A DNA stretch of 43,114 nt from Octopus sinensis (Eukaryota), in the NCBI RefSeq assembly GCF_006345805.1, contig NW_021834881.1:1-43114 (forward strand), read 5' to 3'. The translations under genes and the position numbers were made by a program. Numbering within the stretch: the first letter of the stretch is position 1; each line of letters begins with the position of its first letter. The notes under the pieces are model-generated. The model did not search any database. It was not told the origin of the DNA and saw only the letters and a list, made by a program, of their open reading frames with translations. Positions 23,585 to 36,531 of the stretch are shown piece after piece.

Positions 23585-23884
23585 TGCTTTCGGTTCGAAT
23601 GGTTTTGTTATACGGTGCTTTATTTTACAATCCTATAAATAACAATTATAGCAATCACCATTCGATGACTAACCTCACAGATTAAGTCACTTGCTGAACG
23701 CGTGCGTACCGTTGGTGATTCTTTTAACTCCGTCTTCCCTTCCTTGGATCTTTATCTTTCTGATGGAGAACTCCGCTCGAAACGTTAAATCCTCTTTCTC
23801 TCCTTTCCTGAGCGTCCAATAACACTATACTTGTTTCACTCCCCCGCGTTGTTGTGTTTTCTCTTCGTGTTTTCATGTTTGGAT

Positions 23885-23890
<6 letters not shown>
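23585..23890 (+). mobile_element. Non-coding repeat with decayed hammerhead, family H3
   Basis: TTT-CTGATGG 23760-23766 (A9->G), AGAACTCCGCTC, GAAAC GTT AAA. The downstream CCTGAGCGT...TTGTTTC resembles the reverse complement of 39055-39095. TA tracts on both sides. Confidence 0.6.
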
Positions 23891-23926
<36 letters not shown>

Positions 23927-24019
23927 TATGTGGGCACAGGACCCTATGAAACGTGTCCAACAAAAAAAAAACGAAACACGAGAACATGGGATATGAACTG
24001 TTTTTTCGAACAACGAAAG

Positions 24020-24053
<34 letters not shown>

Positions 24054-24069
24054 ACACACACACACATAT

Positions 24070-24138
<69 letters not shown>

Positions 24139-24778
24139 ATATTCCAAGAGAGTTAGAGGTTGTGAATCTAACCAACTAAGGGATAATATCTATCCAATAT
24201 AATGCTGGTAGAATATCCAATTATTAATACGCAAGTGTTGGTTATTCCGTGGCAATTACACTACACATTCGTTTGTTCGTGTTCTTTTATACACAGGTTT
24301 CTCTATTTTTTTCTCTTTTGCTCATTTCTACAAAGATAGTGAAGTTAATAAATCATTGCAAGTACCTTTGAATGGTCTCTTATTGTAGATATATCTCTTA
24401 AGAAATTGATACAAACCTCATTAGATTCGCTTCATAAAACCCATACGGTGAGTTACGTATATTTTCTGCCCAGTGTTCTTAATACACAGCAACATACTTT
24501 CATCTTCTTGTCAAGATTGTTCGGATATATTATAAGTAATTAAATAACAATTGCTGACAGATTTATTTAATAAGTTATCCACTTATACAGATCAGTTTCA
24601 AGGGTTCTTATCTGTAGAGTTTTTAAAAACTAGTCTCTGTGTTAACTCCAAAACAATGAGATTCTTACGACACTTGAAAGTGATGTGTTTAGCTTGAAAC
24701 ATTGAAACAATTGCGTTTCGTTAAGCTCAGAACTGAAGGACACTTTTATGCAGATATTTGTAGAAGTTGTACATTCTG

Positions 24779-25110
<332 letters not shown>

Positions 25111-25444
25111 CTCAACATATAAAACTATTAGTCGCAGCTAAAAACATGTATTGTATCCTTTAAATAAATAATATTTGTCTCTCACCACATGGAGTAATTT
25201 TTTGTTGAATTTTCTATCAATGAACAGTACATTATATATATGTATGCATATATATATTCATATATATATATATGTATATGTGTGTATGTATATAATTATA
25301 TGTATATGTATAACATAAGCATATTTATGTGTGTGGATGTGCCTATCTATCTCTCTCTCTCTCCCTCTCTCTCTCTCTCTATCTGTATATATATGTATAT
25401 ATATGTATATAAAAAATAACAGAGTGATAATAATAATATTACTA

Positions 25445-25496
<52 letters not shown>

Positions 25497-25685
25497 GGGG
25501 GTGGCAAGCAGGCATCATCGGTTGCACACAGGACGAGATGCTTAGCGCCATTTCGTCCGTCTTTAAATTCTTATTTTGCATTTCGCCAAGCTCGACTTTG
25601 ATTATCATCCGTTCAGGGTCGATGTAGTAGAACAACCCCCACTCCCCACCATTTTCAGGCCTTCTAGCTATAGTAGAAAAGTTTA

Positions 25686-25724
<39 letters not shown>

Positions 25725-25913
25725 GGGGGTGGCAAGCAGGCATCATCGGTTGCACACAGGACGAGATGCTTAGCGCCATTTCGTCCGTCTTTAAATTCTT
25801 ATTTTGCATTTCGCCAAGCTCGACTTTGATTATCATCCGTTCAGGGTCGATGTAGTAGAACAACCCCCACTCCCCACCATTTTCAGGCCTTCTAGCTATA
25901 GTAGAAAAGTTTA
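25497..25913 (+). repeat. Tandem duplication (period 228 bp) of a decayed family A SINE with A2 tail
   Basis: 25497-25685 and 25725-25913 appear identical; (ATT)n before, between and after the copies. Confidence 0.95.
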
Positions 25914-25930
25914 TTATTATTATTATTATC

Positions 25931-26140
25931 AAGGCAGGCAGAAAAGTTAGCACGCCGGACAAAATGCTGTAGCATCATTTCGTCCGTCATTGCATCTCGA
26001 GTTCAAACGTTGAATAATAAAAACGGCAAGCTGGCCGAATCGTTACCGCACAGGAGAAAATATTTAGCGACATTTCTTCCGGTTCAAATGCTGCTAACGT
26101 CAACTTTGCCTTTGATATTTTCGGGGTCGATAGAATAAGT
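25931..26140 (+). mobile_element. Two decayed family A SINE fragments
   Basis: GGCAGAAAAGTTAGCACGCCGG...GAGTTCAAA, then GGCAAGCTGGCCGAATCGTTA...CTTTGCCTTT...GGGGTCGATAGAATAAGT. Confidence 0.7.
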
Positions 26141-26290
26141 AAGAAATGGGCATAATGGCCGTACTATTGACTTTGTACCAAAATTACAAAAAAAAAAACC
26201 AAGCAATATTTAAAATGTGAAGAACATTATAACATGCTTTCCTTCACAATTTTGCCTCTAAGTAGGAGGCCGATCAAAATTATCACTAAA

Positions 26291-26684
26291 CTAGCAGTAT
26301 AGCCCGGCGTTGTTCGGGTTTGTTTCGATCCTTTAGAATTGGAATTTTTGAAAAGTAAAACTTTTGCATTATGTAGCTTGTTATTCTCTCTAAGTGAACA
26401 TTTTTCTGGTTAAAATACACCGAAAAATGGCGACACAGCAATCAAAAAATCGCAAAAAATAAGGATTTTCATAGAAAAAAAAGCACTTTTTTGATGTAAA
26501 TACTTTTTGGTGTTAACATGGTCCGATTTGGGTTTTTTTCTTCTACGGAATGAAGAGGAAGCCTTCTTCTACCATACTCTCAATTTTGGTCAACTTGCAC
26601 CGCAGGGTCTCGGAGGAGATAGTGTTAGTTGAAGGCTACCAAACCTGCCATACACAGACAACTTCAGCTTTATGTATATAGAGA
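26291..26684 (-). mobile_element. Non-autonomous Helitron, 394 bp
   Basis: Reverse complement starts A^TCTCTATATACATAAAG and ends AAACCCGAACAACGCCGGGCTATACTG-CTAG^T. Confidence 0.88.
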
Positions 26685-27482
26685 TTAAGAGAAAATGAAA
26701 TCATAAAATCATATTCATATATACTGATCTGACTTGATTTTCTCGTGTTACATTATCTTATGCAATTTATTTTAAAGAGCAAATGTCCAGTATGTTTTCA
26801 ATTTTCGTTTGACTCTCTTTAGCTATAATCCTAATGACAGACTTTAACTGAGACATAAATTTGCTACATGATCCAGGTACATAGAATATTCTAAAACACT
26901 AACGTTACTATTCTAGAAGTTTACAAACATAATATAAACCCTATCAGCAACAACCAAATAACATTGATTCTGTCTCAAATTTTTCCAGTTTTTTTTCTCT
27001 ATTTTTTTTCTCCTTTTGTAACAATAACTTTTTTTGCAGTGTTGGTGTCCACTGTCTGCGCTGTCTGGTTTGCTATTCAACAAATACTGTACTAGTAAAC
27101 ACTTCGCTTCTATACAGTAGACTTGAAGACTTCTGTTACAGAGATTAAAATGACAATATGTTTATAAGAGATACGTGAGGTCTATATTTTGTTTTCTCAA
27201 TTGAAACTTTAGCCTCAAAGTTTAACGCTTTCGCTTGTTTTTTTTTTTTCGTCGGTTTTGCTGAAGCTATTAATATTTGAAACATTCATTTTATGGCCGT
27301 ATTTCTCCCAATAATGATATCTGTGTGACAGAAGTATATGAAACAATACAAAAATCCCTTTGTCTCGTGGGTATACGTGATACGCTAAGTTATAACAGTT
27401 TAGCTTTATCGATGCAATATATACATATATACATAGCCACATAGTCTCTCTCTCTCTCTCGCTCTCTCCTTTTATCTTTCCG

Positions 27483-27524
<42 letters not shown>

Positions 27525-27638
27525 GGGGTAGGTGGGTGCAGGTATGTGTTTCTGGGTGTATATATGCATGTATGAGTATATACGTATATATGTTTATTTA
27601 TATATACATATATATATATGTGTATGTACAAATCTTTG

Positions 27639-27717
<79 letters not shown>

Positions 27718-29167
27718 GTCTGTCTGTCTGTCTGTCTGTCTGTGTATTTGTGTGTGTGTGTATGTAAGTAAGTATGAATCTCTGGAAAACAGTGTATGAG
27801 AAAATCTATAAATTTAATCTAGACAGACATATGTGTGTTTTTATGTATGTATGTATGTATGTATGAATATATACAAACACAAACACGCATATACCCATGC
27901 ATATACGTATATATATATATATATACATGGATATACACTTTCCCACATATGCAAACATGCACACTCATGCACATTTACTTTCGTTTTTACATTAACGGTG
28001 GTTATTAGGAAAACTTGAGACAAATATAATCTTGTTAATCTACACTTTGTAACGTCTATATCGCTGAAATAAAAGAAATTGAAAATATTTTGTATTTCTT
28101 TTCGGATACAGGAAAATAAGGAGATTACTTTGATAGGCTTAGATAATTCAAGTAACAAGAGAATAATGATATCATTTTGCTATTGTTTCTTTCTAAAAAC
28201 GTAGCCATAAAGGACATGTTAAATAGTAATGTCTACAGTTTTAGTTTAATGATCGCTTAGTGCCTCTAAGTAGTTAATTCCAACTCGACAGAGCTTTGCA
28301 TACGCCAGCAAATTCATTATTTGCTGTTTATATAAAGAATGGCAGTTATTCGTGAGATCTGTAGTTGCCGAAATTCAGAAACATACGCCCTACATTGCGA
28401 TGACATCATCCTTAACCCGGCTTGGTTTGTTTTCACTCATACTGTCTACAAGGAGAATTTCTCCCCCGTGACACTTACCAAAGCGATGTTTTCCATGCTT
28501 GAGTGTGTGCGCGCGTGTGTATGTACGTATGTGTGTGTGTGTCTAGTTAAATAGATATATGATGGGATGTACCTATGTGAAACACAACAAACTTCAAAGA
28601 TAGATTGCCACTTTCTGGTGTAAAATCTGTTGATATCAAACGCTCTAATGGTTGGTATAATGAACAGTTGCATGATATGATTTTCCACTACCCTGTTGAA
28701 TCGATGCAGTGACTAACAACATCCTCTGATAATTTAAGTCACACTAAGGAGCCTCGATCTGGTCCTTTTGCCCGCTCTAAATGTCAGACATATTTCCACC
28801 AAGTGTTACACGATCGCCTTAAAAATTTGGTACGCATTAATTAGATAGTGTAGTCTTAGGAAATGTAACATCGTCAAAGGATGTTTGGGCTCAACTGGTG
28901 GTGGCCGTGACTGTGAGCTGCTCAATTCCAAAAATCAACTTCAGCAGAATCTTAATATGAATTATACATAGTTTGATGTATATTTATGCTAGGTGTGACT
29001 TTCACTCTCTCTTTCTTTCCTTCTTCTCCTCTATATACTTTGTAATGTGCGACTGGAGAATGAATGAACCTAGCAGCCAGTCAATCAACCAGTCAACATT
29101 TATATCAGATATTATTAGATTATTATACGGACACTAGAAACGACAGCTATTATACCCTTGGATAACA

Positions 29168-29305
29168 CCGATAGCGTGGAGAGGGGAGGCTGGCATGGAT
29201 GGACGATTGCTGGTCTTCTATAAAACAACGTTGCCGTGACTTGTACCTCGGAGAGTATCTTTCTAGGTGCAATCCCATAGTCATTCAAGACCGAAGTGTG
29301 TCTTT
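29168..29305 (+). mobile_element. SINE family C, 3' fragment
   Basis: CGTGGAGAGGGGAGGC...TGCTGGTCTTC.ATAAAACAAC...CTAGGTGCAA.CCCAT...GACCGAAG matches the reverse complement of 10090-10230. Confidence 0.8.
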
Positions 29306-29389
29306 ATGTATATTTGAATCATAAAATTATAGACAAATCCGTTTAATTTTAGCAACGGTAGAGTCCCATATTTCTGCATGCAAATCTCA

Positions 29390-29730
29390 CCATCATCGTC
29401 ATCATCATCACCATTATCATTCTCTTCTTTATCATTATCATCACCATCGTAATCCTTCTCCTCATTGTCATCTATCAGCCATTTTTCATGCTTGTATGGA
29501 CTGCAAGGTTTGATAGGATCCAAATGGCTGAGAACTGCACTGCACTGTGCAACATTGTCTGCTTTTTTTGCAAGGTTCCCACGACTGTATGCTCTTCTTA
29601 ATGCCAATCACTTCTCAGAATGTCCTAAGTTTTCCTGTTTATTTATTCGTCGCACTAGTGGCACCAGCACTAGTGAGGTAACCCTGTAGCTTGCATGACT
29701 TAAGATCTCCTTCGACTGCATGGGTCTACA
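29390..29730 (-). mobile_element. Decayed SINE/RTE-type 3' end with (GAT)n tail
   Basis: Reverse complement ends CAGTCCATACAAGCATGAAAAATGG...GATGAC/GAT tail, similar to recalled RTE-type tails. Not cross-checked within the window. Confidence 0.5.
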
Positions 29731-31862
29731 GAAGAAAGTAAGACAAATTTATACTTGGAGACAAGGGGTTAAAGTATGAAATAAGAGGCCAGAAGATAAC
29801 AAGCTTCTTGCTAAGAATCGTTTAGCAATATTTCACACCTAGATTCAAACTCGAATTTAACAACCTATTGCCATATGCAATCATTCTACATCACATGTCA
29901 TTTCAACCCTATATACAACGCAATTACTTCCTTGTGTAACATTCCCACACCTCAGCGTATCCAACATTACACATCCCTTTACATAATTACTGCTAGTATG
30001 GGCGTGGTTTCAAATTATTCTCTTTTATGTAAGTTAGACGCTTTCAAAAGAAAAAGCAAAAAGTAAAACGAAAATGGTGTTCTGAAACATGGCCCATTAA
30101 AGTATTGTAAGTTATTTCAATCAACCTATTTTTTCAGCCCACACATTGTATCAACCCAACCACCGCCGACCAACAATTAAAATAGTTAAAATATTTAGTG
30201 CAAGTCAAGTTAATCATTTCTTATGTTAAAACATATATTCACTGGTTGATGAAACATTGATGCGAGATTAAACTGAAAACCTACTGGTTCAGAAACTAAT
30301 ATTTTAAAGACTATCAACAGTTTAATCTGAGAGCAGTAATAGAATAACCGACGGCATGTTCGACCCTAAACTAGGATTATGTTAACCAGAAGTTAATAAA
30401 AATATAATAAAATAGCATTTGTTCATCACGTAAAATAGAAAAAAATTGCTTTTTTGTTGGTTTTTCTCTCACTTTTTCCCAGTACATTTTCACAGTTCTT
30501 ATGTGTTGAACCATTTATTTCACAGAAACGTAACCAGTTAATTGAATTTTCTTCATCAATCGTGTTGGCTATAAGTTAAGATTGGTTTGCAATTTATTGT
30601 AAAAATTACAAACAGGAAGGAAATAACCGTATATTTTAAAAAATGAAACAACCAAAAACAGGAATTTGATCTCATTAGCACATTATTAATTTTGTTTTCT
30701 ATGTCATGCTATCAGCACATGTGGTAAGTATAAATTTAACTCTCTGTGTCGTTAACAATATTAACAAAGTGACTTTTAGTGAGTTTGTCATAAGTTTAGA
30801 TACAATATTGACCTGTCAAACCACAACTCTGATATCATTAGTTAAATCTTAGCGTAGCTGTTATTTCGACAGAGATGTGGGATGTTTTGGCGTCTATTTA
30901 TCAAAGTCAACATGATATTCTTCCATTTCTGTAATTGCTGAAATTATCGTTACTTATTCCTATTCCGGGGGCTTAGTGACCTTGATAAAAATTAAAGATT
31001 TCAGCCTCAAATAACATCTCTTCCTGTCATTGCAATTATGGGTTCCTGGCGTTCGTACAAACAATTTTCTAGTGCTCCGACAGGGACAGTGAGACAAATA
31101 AGTGTTAGATTTTTTCTTTTTATCAAAATATGCCACTTTTCTTTAGAAGAGAAGAGGAAGTCATAAGCCAAAGGAGTAAATCTTGAGAACAGATCATTTG
31201 TTACATTGGACATTGTAGATAAGAAATTGTAATTGCTGATCTCAGTTTCAATCCTCCGTTTGAGCTGCTTCAAATCTGTAACCTATGTTATTTAGGAAGA
31301 TAAAAATATCTCTCCTCATATAACATACGTCTATATTTGAAGCTTAAAATTTCAAAGCTGTTAAACGAGTACCGTAGTTTTCTAATTAAATTGTACAGAT
31401 GATGAATCTAGGAATACGGCCGCAGTATACATTGGGGGAATTGCCAAGAGTATAATGGAAAGAATGGATACATTTTGGAACGAGTACGCTTATAAGAAAC
31501 TGTTGTGGCAAGTCATTGACACCCCTGGGGAATTGGAAGAATAGACTAGCCGAACTCTTATAAAGAGTAACATATTGGTTCGGGAGAATTCGGTCGTTTC
31601 AGTCGATGTTAGCTCCGCGTTGAACTTGCACCGAACCCGGTGTGCTAGTTTCGCGTTAAACTCGCACCGAACACTTAAGTTGCCATAATGGTAGTTATCC
31701 GAATTACTGTGTTGGTCCCGTCGCTAGAATGTGGTAGGGGTTCGATTTCCGTGCTCACAATATATCGGATGCAGCTGTGCAGTGTTAGCCAGCTAGAGGT
31801 GATGTCTTCCTGGGGTTAAAAAATCGCACTAAAATCCTTTCGAGTGATAAGAAGATTGCTTA

Positions 31863-32980
31863 GTACCTACAGTGGAGGAGGCAGTAAAGTACTCCACTGT
31901 AACATTGAAAACATAAGAATGGGCACTCCTGCCAACCTACCTCGGTAAATGAGTAGCGAGGGTGAGGATTGGCAGGGTCCACCTGAGATTAACGAGATGT
32001 GGCTGCTTGCAGCTATCTTAATAGAGTCAAAGGAGAAACCAGGTGTGCTGCAGATAAACTGCACCAAACAATTGAACTACTGAGCATACGGCCTAGAAGT
32101 TATAATCCAGGCCACCTCAATGGACTTAGAGGAAATTACCGAAGAGATAGAGCTACCAGATTATATGAAACTGCGAATGGTAGTAGAGGGAAGACCTCCC
32201 ACCTGCTATCACTGCAGAAAGGGGTACATAAGGGCGAATTGTCCCCTTTTTAACAGCCAGACACCAAAAGAGGAGATACAAGAAGGAAATAACAGAGACG
32301 ATGAATTAAAGGAGAATACAGAAGAAGTAAATGTAAAAAGCAGAGATGAAGGATTCCAGGAAGTAGAAAATAGAAAGAGGAAGGACTTTAAAAACACCCC
32401 GCCTCCGAAGAACTCAAAAAAGAAGAAAAAGAAGGGGGTGAGGAGCATACAAGCACCCACACATCATATTCCATTAAGGTAAGAATACAAAAATATCCCA
32501 GACAACCCAGAATATCCACAAGCACACTCAGATAGACCAGCATCTCCAGTTAAGTCAACTCAAACACACACAGGCAGCCCAGAATCTCCAGTAAAATGCA
32601 CACAGACAGATACACATGCAGACACACAAGCATTATAGGCCAATAATAAGAATAGGGGGTGTCTAACGTAGTATTGGTCAAACCCGGCCATTGAGGAAAA
32701 ATTGCAAAATGAAGTCGGTAATGAGAATTATAGAGGAGGACGATTGACGCGTACCAAGCATGGAGTGCATATTAATAGACATAAACAATTACAAAATATA
32801 AAAGGCAAGCTTTGACGATGACGTGAACCCACTAGGACGAGAGGTGAGATACGATTGTCTACCACCTGTGATGGAATTTGAACAAGTGAGACCATATTTT
32901 ATATATTGAGACAAATTAATTTGATAAATATTGGTATAAAAAAATGGAGACAAAATAAAGTTAAAATGGTACTACACGAG
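31863..32980 (+). pseudogene. gag/ORF1-like protein with degenerate CCHC knuckle (non-LTR, Tx1/L1-like ORF1), decayed
   Basis: VPTVEEAVKYST..*..LLPTYLGK*VARVRIGRV / frameshift ~31978 / PPEINEMWLLAAIL...IELPDYMKLRMVVEGRPPTCYHCRKGYIRANCP, then a Lys/Glu-rich linker. Stops at 31914, 31950 and 32081. Confidence 0.7.
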
Positions 32981-33015
32981 AGGGGGGGTTGAGTAGCCAT
33001 TGCACCTTCATTCAT

Positions 33016-33231
33016 TGGCAGAAACGTTAGCACGCCGGGCGAAATGCGTAGCCGTATTTCGTCTGCCGTTACGGTCTGAGTTCAAATTCCGCCGAGGTCG
33101 ACTTTGCCTTTCATCCTTTCGACGTCGATAAAGTACCAGTTGTTCACTGGGGTCGATGTAATCGAATTAATCCGTTTGTCTATTCTTGTTTGTCATCTCT
33201 GTGTTTAGCCCCTTGTGGGTAGTAAAGAAAT
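33016..33231 (+). mobile_element. SINE family A (A1 tail) inserted in the gag-only element
   Basis: TGGCAGAAACGTTAGCACGCCGGGCG...AGTAAAGAAAT. Confidence 0.9.
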
Positions 33232-33352
33232 GTATATAAATTCATTTTATGCATTCGTTTGTGTTTTATGTCCCCATTTGTGTTGTATTGTCGGTCCTTG
33301 TGCTGCCCCCTCTGTGTTCCGACTGTGTGCCCAATAAAGAAACAGATCGGTA

Positions 33353-33422
33353 GGAGTCGTTGAGAAGCCTTAGGAGTCGTTGAGAGAGTATTTTGGAGTC
33401 GTTGAGAGAGTATTTTGGAGTC
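33353..33422. repeat. Short tandem repeat, 20-22-bp unit GGAGTCGTTGAGAGAGTATTTT, about 3.3 copies
   Basis: GGAGTC at 33353, 33373, 33395 and 33417. Confidence 0.9.
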
Positions 33423-33969
33423 TTGTGAATACCTTGAGTGAATATACTGATTTTACCCCCGTTATCGTTAAATTATATATTCAACGTTTGTCTAGGTTAT
33501 AAAAGAAACCTGCGTCAGTATTTTATCAAGATGCTAAGGAAGAACATGGCGGCATGCTAAATCACAAATCAATAGCTTTCCGATACTTCCAGATGACAGA
33601 GCTTTACGACAGATTCGGGAACTGACACTAATAAACGTATGAAAACAATCTTTTAATTAAAAACAAATTGCTGTTAAAATGCAGAAATCAAATCACCGCA
33701 AACACCACACTGATGTATTAAGCACATATTTATGTGTAATGTTTCTGTGTGTGTGTGTTTGTGTATGTATATGTATAACAATATACTTTGCGTACATGGG
33801 GGGAGGTGGGGTGGATCACTACTAGAATTCCTTATTTTTTCGAGTTATTGGAATAAATGATGAGGTGTCTTTAAATTGTAATTCGATCCGCGCCATCGCT
33901 TAACCAAGTCACACTGCTGGACAATATGCGCACACATATACACACCTACACACACACGCACTCACTCAC

Positions 33970-34023
<54 letters not shown>

Positions 34024-34127
34024 TTACAGACTCACACACACATGTACAGATACACACATACACGTACACACACACACAGAGTGCAGTCAAAAACACAGGA
34101 GAACTAACTATGGCATAGAGGTTGACT

Positions 34128-34612
34128 AAAGCGGTGAGCTGGCAGAAACGTTAGCACGCCGGGCGAAATGCTGAGCAGAATTTCGTCTGTCTTTATGTTT
34201 TGAGTTCAAATTCCCCCGAGGTCGACTTTGCCTTTCATCCTTTCGGGGTCGATAAATTAAGTACCAGTTATGTACTGGAGTCGATATAATCCATTTGTCT
34301 GTCTTTGTTTGTCCCCTCTGTGTTTATCCCCTTGTGGGTAGTAAAGAAATAGGTATTCCGTCTGCCGCTACGTGCTGAGTTCAAATTCCGCCGAGGTAGA
34401 CTTCGCCTTGCATTCTTTTGATCTCGATAAATTAAGGGAATTTTTCCATTTCATGGGCAGCTCGATTAATTAATTTTCTTAAAATTAATTAATCGAGCTG
34501 CCCATGAAAAGGAAAAGATCCAAATTAAGCACCAGTTGCGTACTGGAGCCGATCTAATCGACTGGCACCCTCCCCCAAACTTTTGGGCCTTGTGCCTAGA
34601 GTAGAAAAGAAT
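34128..34612 (+). mobile_element. Composite family A SINE (A1 unit plus headless unit with A2 tail), interrupted by a MITE
   Basis: GAGTTCAAATTCC twice (~34202 and ~34377); ends GGCCTTGTGCCTAGAGTAGAAAAG. Confidence 0.85.
34437..34521. mobile_element. 85-bp fold-back MITE with 8-bp TSD AAATTAAG
   Basis: TSD at 34429-34436 and 34522-34529; perfect 29-bp arms 34449-34477 / 34481-34509; termini GGAAT...GATCC. Removing it restores the SINE reading GATAAATTAAG(T/C)ACCAG. Confidence 0.85.
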
Positions 34613-34737
34613 ATTTAGTAGTTTAATTTTGTCATTATTTACTCTGACTAATTCTAGAGGACATTTTATGTCATAAATCGCAACTTTTGAGCCACAAAAA
34701 TATTGACTGTTTTGAATTTTTTTCTTTGCATTTCCCA

Positions 34738-34799
<62 letters not shown>

Positions 34800-35112
34800 C
34801 ATTCGTTGATATTTCATACGCATTCGCATTTGGTACTCTAGTTCCAAAAAAATGCTGAAATTTTTTTTTTTCGCAATTGAATAGAAAATGATAAATATGA
34901 TTGTTTTCAGAGATCCCTATTTGGGACTTTTCGAAAATTTTATCATAATTTCCAAAATAAATCACATATGAAGAGAATTTAAATACTATATATTATTCTA
35001 ACGCCTAAGATACCTGGCAAAGCTAAAAAATATGAACAAAATTTGGCAGTAAATGGATCAAAAATGTTTTAAATTAACCTTACCAATTTGGAACAATTTG
35101 ATCACATACGCC

Positions 35113-35340
35113 ATGAAGGCGCATGTTGCATTTATGGTCAAGCGATCGTGGGTTCTATTCCCGAACAGAGCGGCTCGTTGTGTTCTTGAGCAAACATTTC
35201 GTTTCATTTCGCACCAGTCCACTTGGCTGTAAAGGAGTAAGCCTGCGACAGACCAGCCTTCCGATCAAGGGGAACATTCACCGTTTTGCCTAGCCAGCGC
35301 TGGTGGCATCATTCGAAAGCTCAACGATCCGAAGCCTATT
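35113..35340 (+). mobile_element. Decayed CORE-like SINE, family C type
   Basis: TGAAGGCGCATG...GGGTTCTATTCCCG...TGTGTTCTTGAGCAAACA...CCAGTCCACTTGGCTGTAAAGGAGT. Confidence 0.7.
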
Positions 35341-36221
35341 GTGACCATCCGGTAGTCTAGTCCATGTAATCACCTGATGTAATGTTCAATCATTTTGATG
35401 CTACACTTCACAGTATGGCTTCCACTTCATTTTTCACGAAGCTAGATTTCGAAATGGTTTAAAGGAAGACTTGTAGTGTTTCTGCCAATTTGATACAATA
35501 AAATCTGTTTGATGCCACACTTAACAATATGGTTTAGCGTTTCAGCCATCACACGTCTAGATTTCTCTTTCTAATATTTATTTAAAATCAAATACAATAT
35601 ATCTAGTTTCCAAACATTTTTAAGAGAAACAAAGAAAGCCTTACTTCCAGGGATTTCATGTGACATAATTGGACAGTGAAACAAACACAGAGAGGAATTT
35701 AGTTCACTTCTTAAATATCTGATGCAAAAGTATAAAAGACTTTCCTCCCGATCTCTCCCCTTCCAACGATATCATGTTTTTTTTTATTCATATCAAAGAA
35801 ACTTCGACGTTTCTCCAATATATATTTTATTACGCAATTCCTCTGGGATTTGAACGAAAAACTTCAGTCATGAAACAAAATGGCTTCGTTCAATGAGTAA
35901 CTTAAACTTGTCGATTATTTCTTTTTGTTTTACAGAGCCATTCGGCCAGAAAACTGTCGAAATATATTGAAGAAGACAGACAGCTACTGTTAGAAACAAA
36001 AACCAAAGGAAACAAAAGTCTTTCAGTTTACTTTCAATCTAATTCCATAAAATAATGTGTGTATGTGTGTGCATGTGTGTATGTGTGCATGTGTGTATGT
36101 GTGCATTTATGTGTGCGTATATATGTACATGTGTGTGTATGTATATGTATATATGCATATATATATATGTATATATTGGTAGATTCATACATACATATAT
36201 ATCTATCTATCTATCTATCAG

Positions 36222-36321
<100 letters not shown>

Positions 36322-36480
36322 CTTTGCCTACACAATACTGTAAGAGCATTTCATTTCATTTTTTTTTTTTACAAAATAACTATAGAATAATATTTGAAGT
36401 TTTCGATGTATATTGTTCCTTTAGCAAAACAACGAAGAAAAACAACCGTTCTTGGATTTGCATTATTATTATTATTATTA

Positions 36481-36531
<51 letters not shown>

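Noticed and set aside
33353-33422. CRISPR-like array
   Set aside because: Eukaryotic DNA; units are directly adjacent with no unique spacers.
33538-33556. AACATGGCGGC (YY1/Kozak-like) start site
   Set aside because: The ORF stops after 4 codons and there are no other promoter features.
35936-36055. Plus-strand exon after a strong acceptor (TTCTTTTTGTTTTACAG)
   Set aside because: All three frames close within 40 codons, there is no recognisable peptide and no clear donor.
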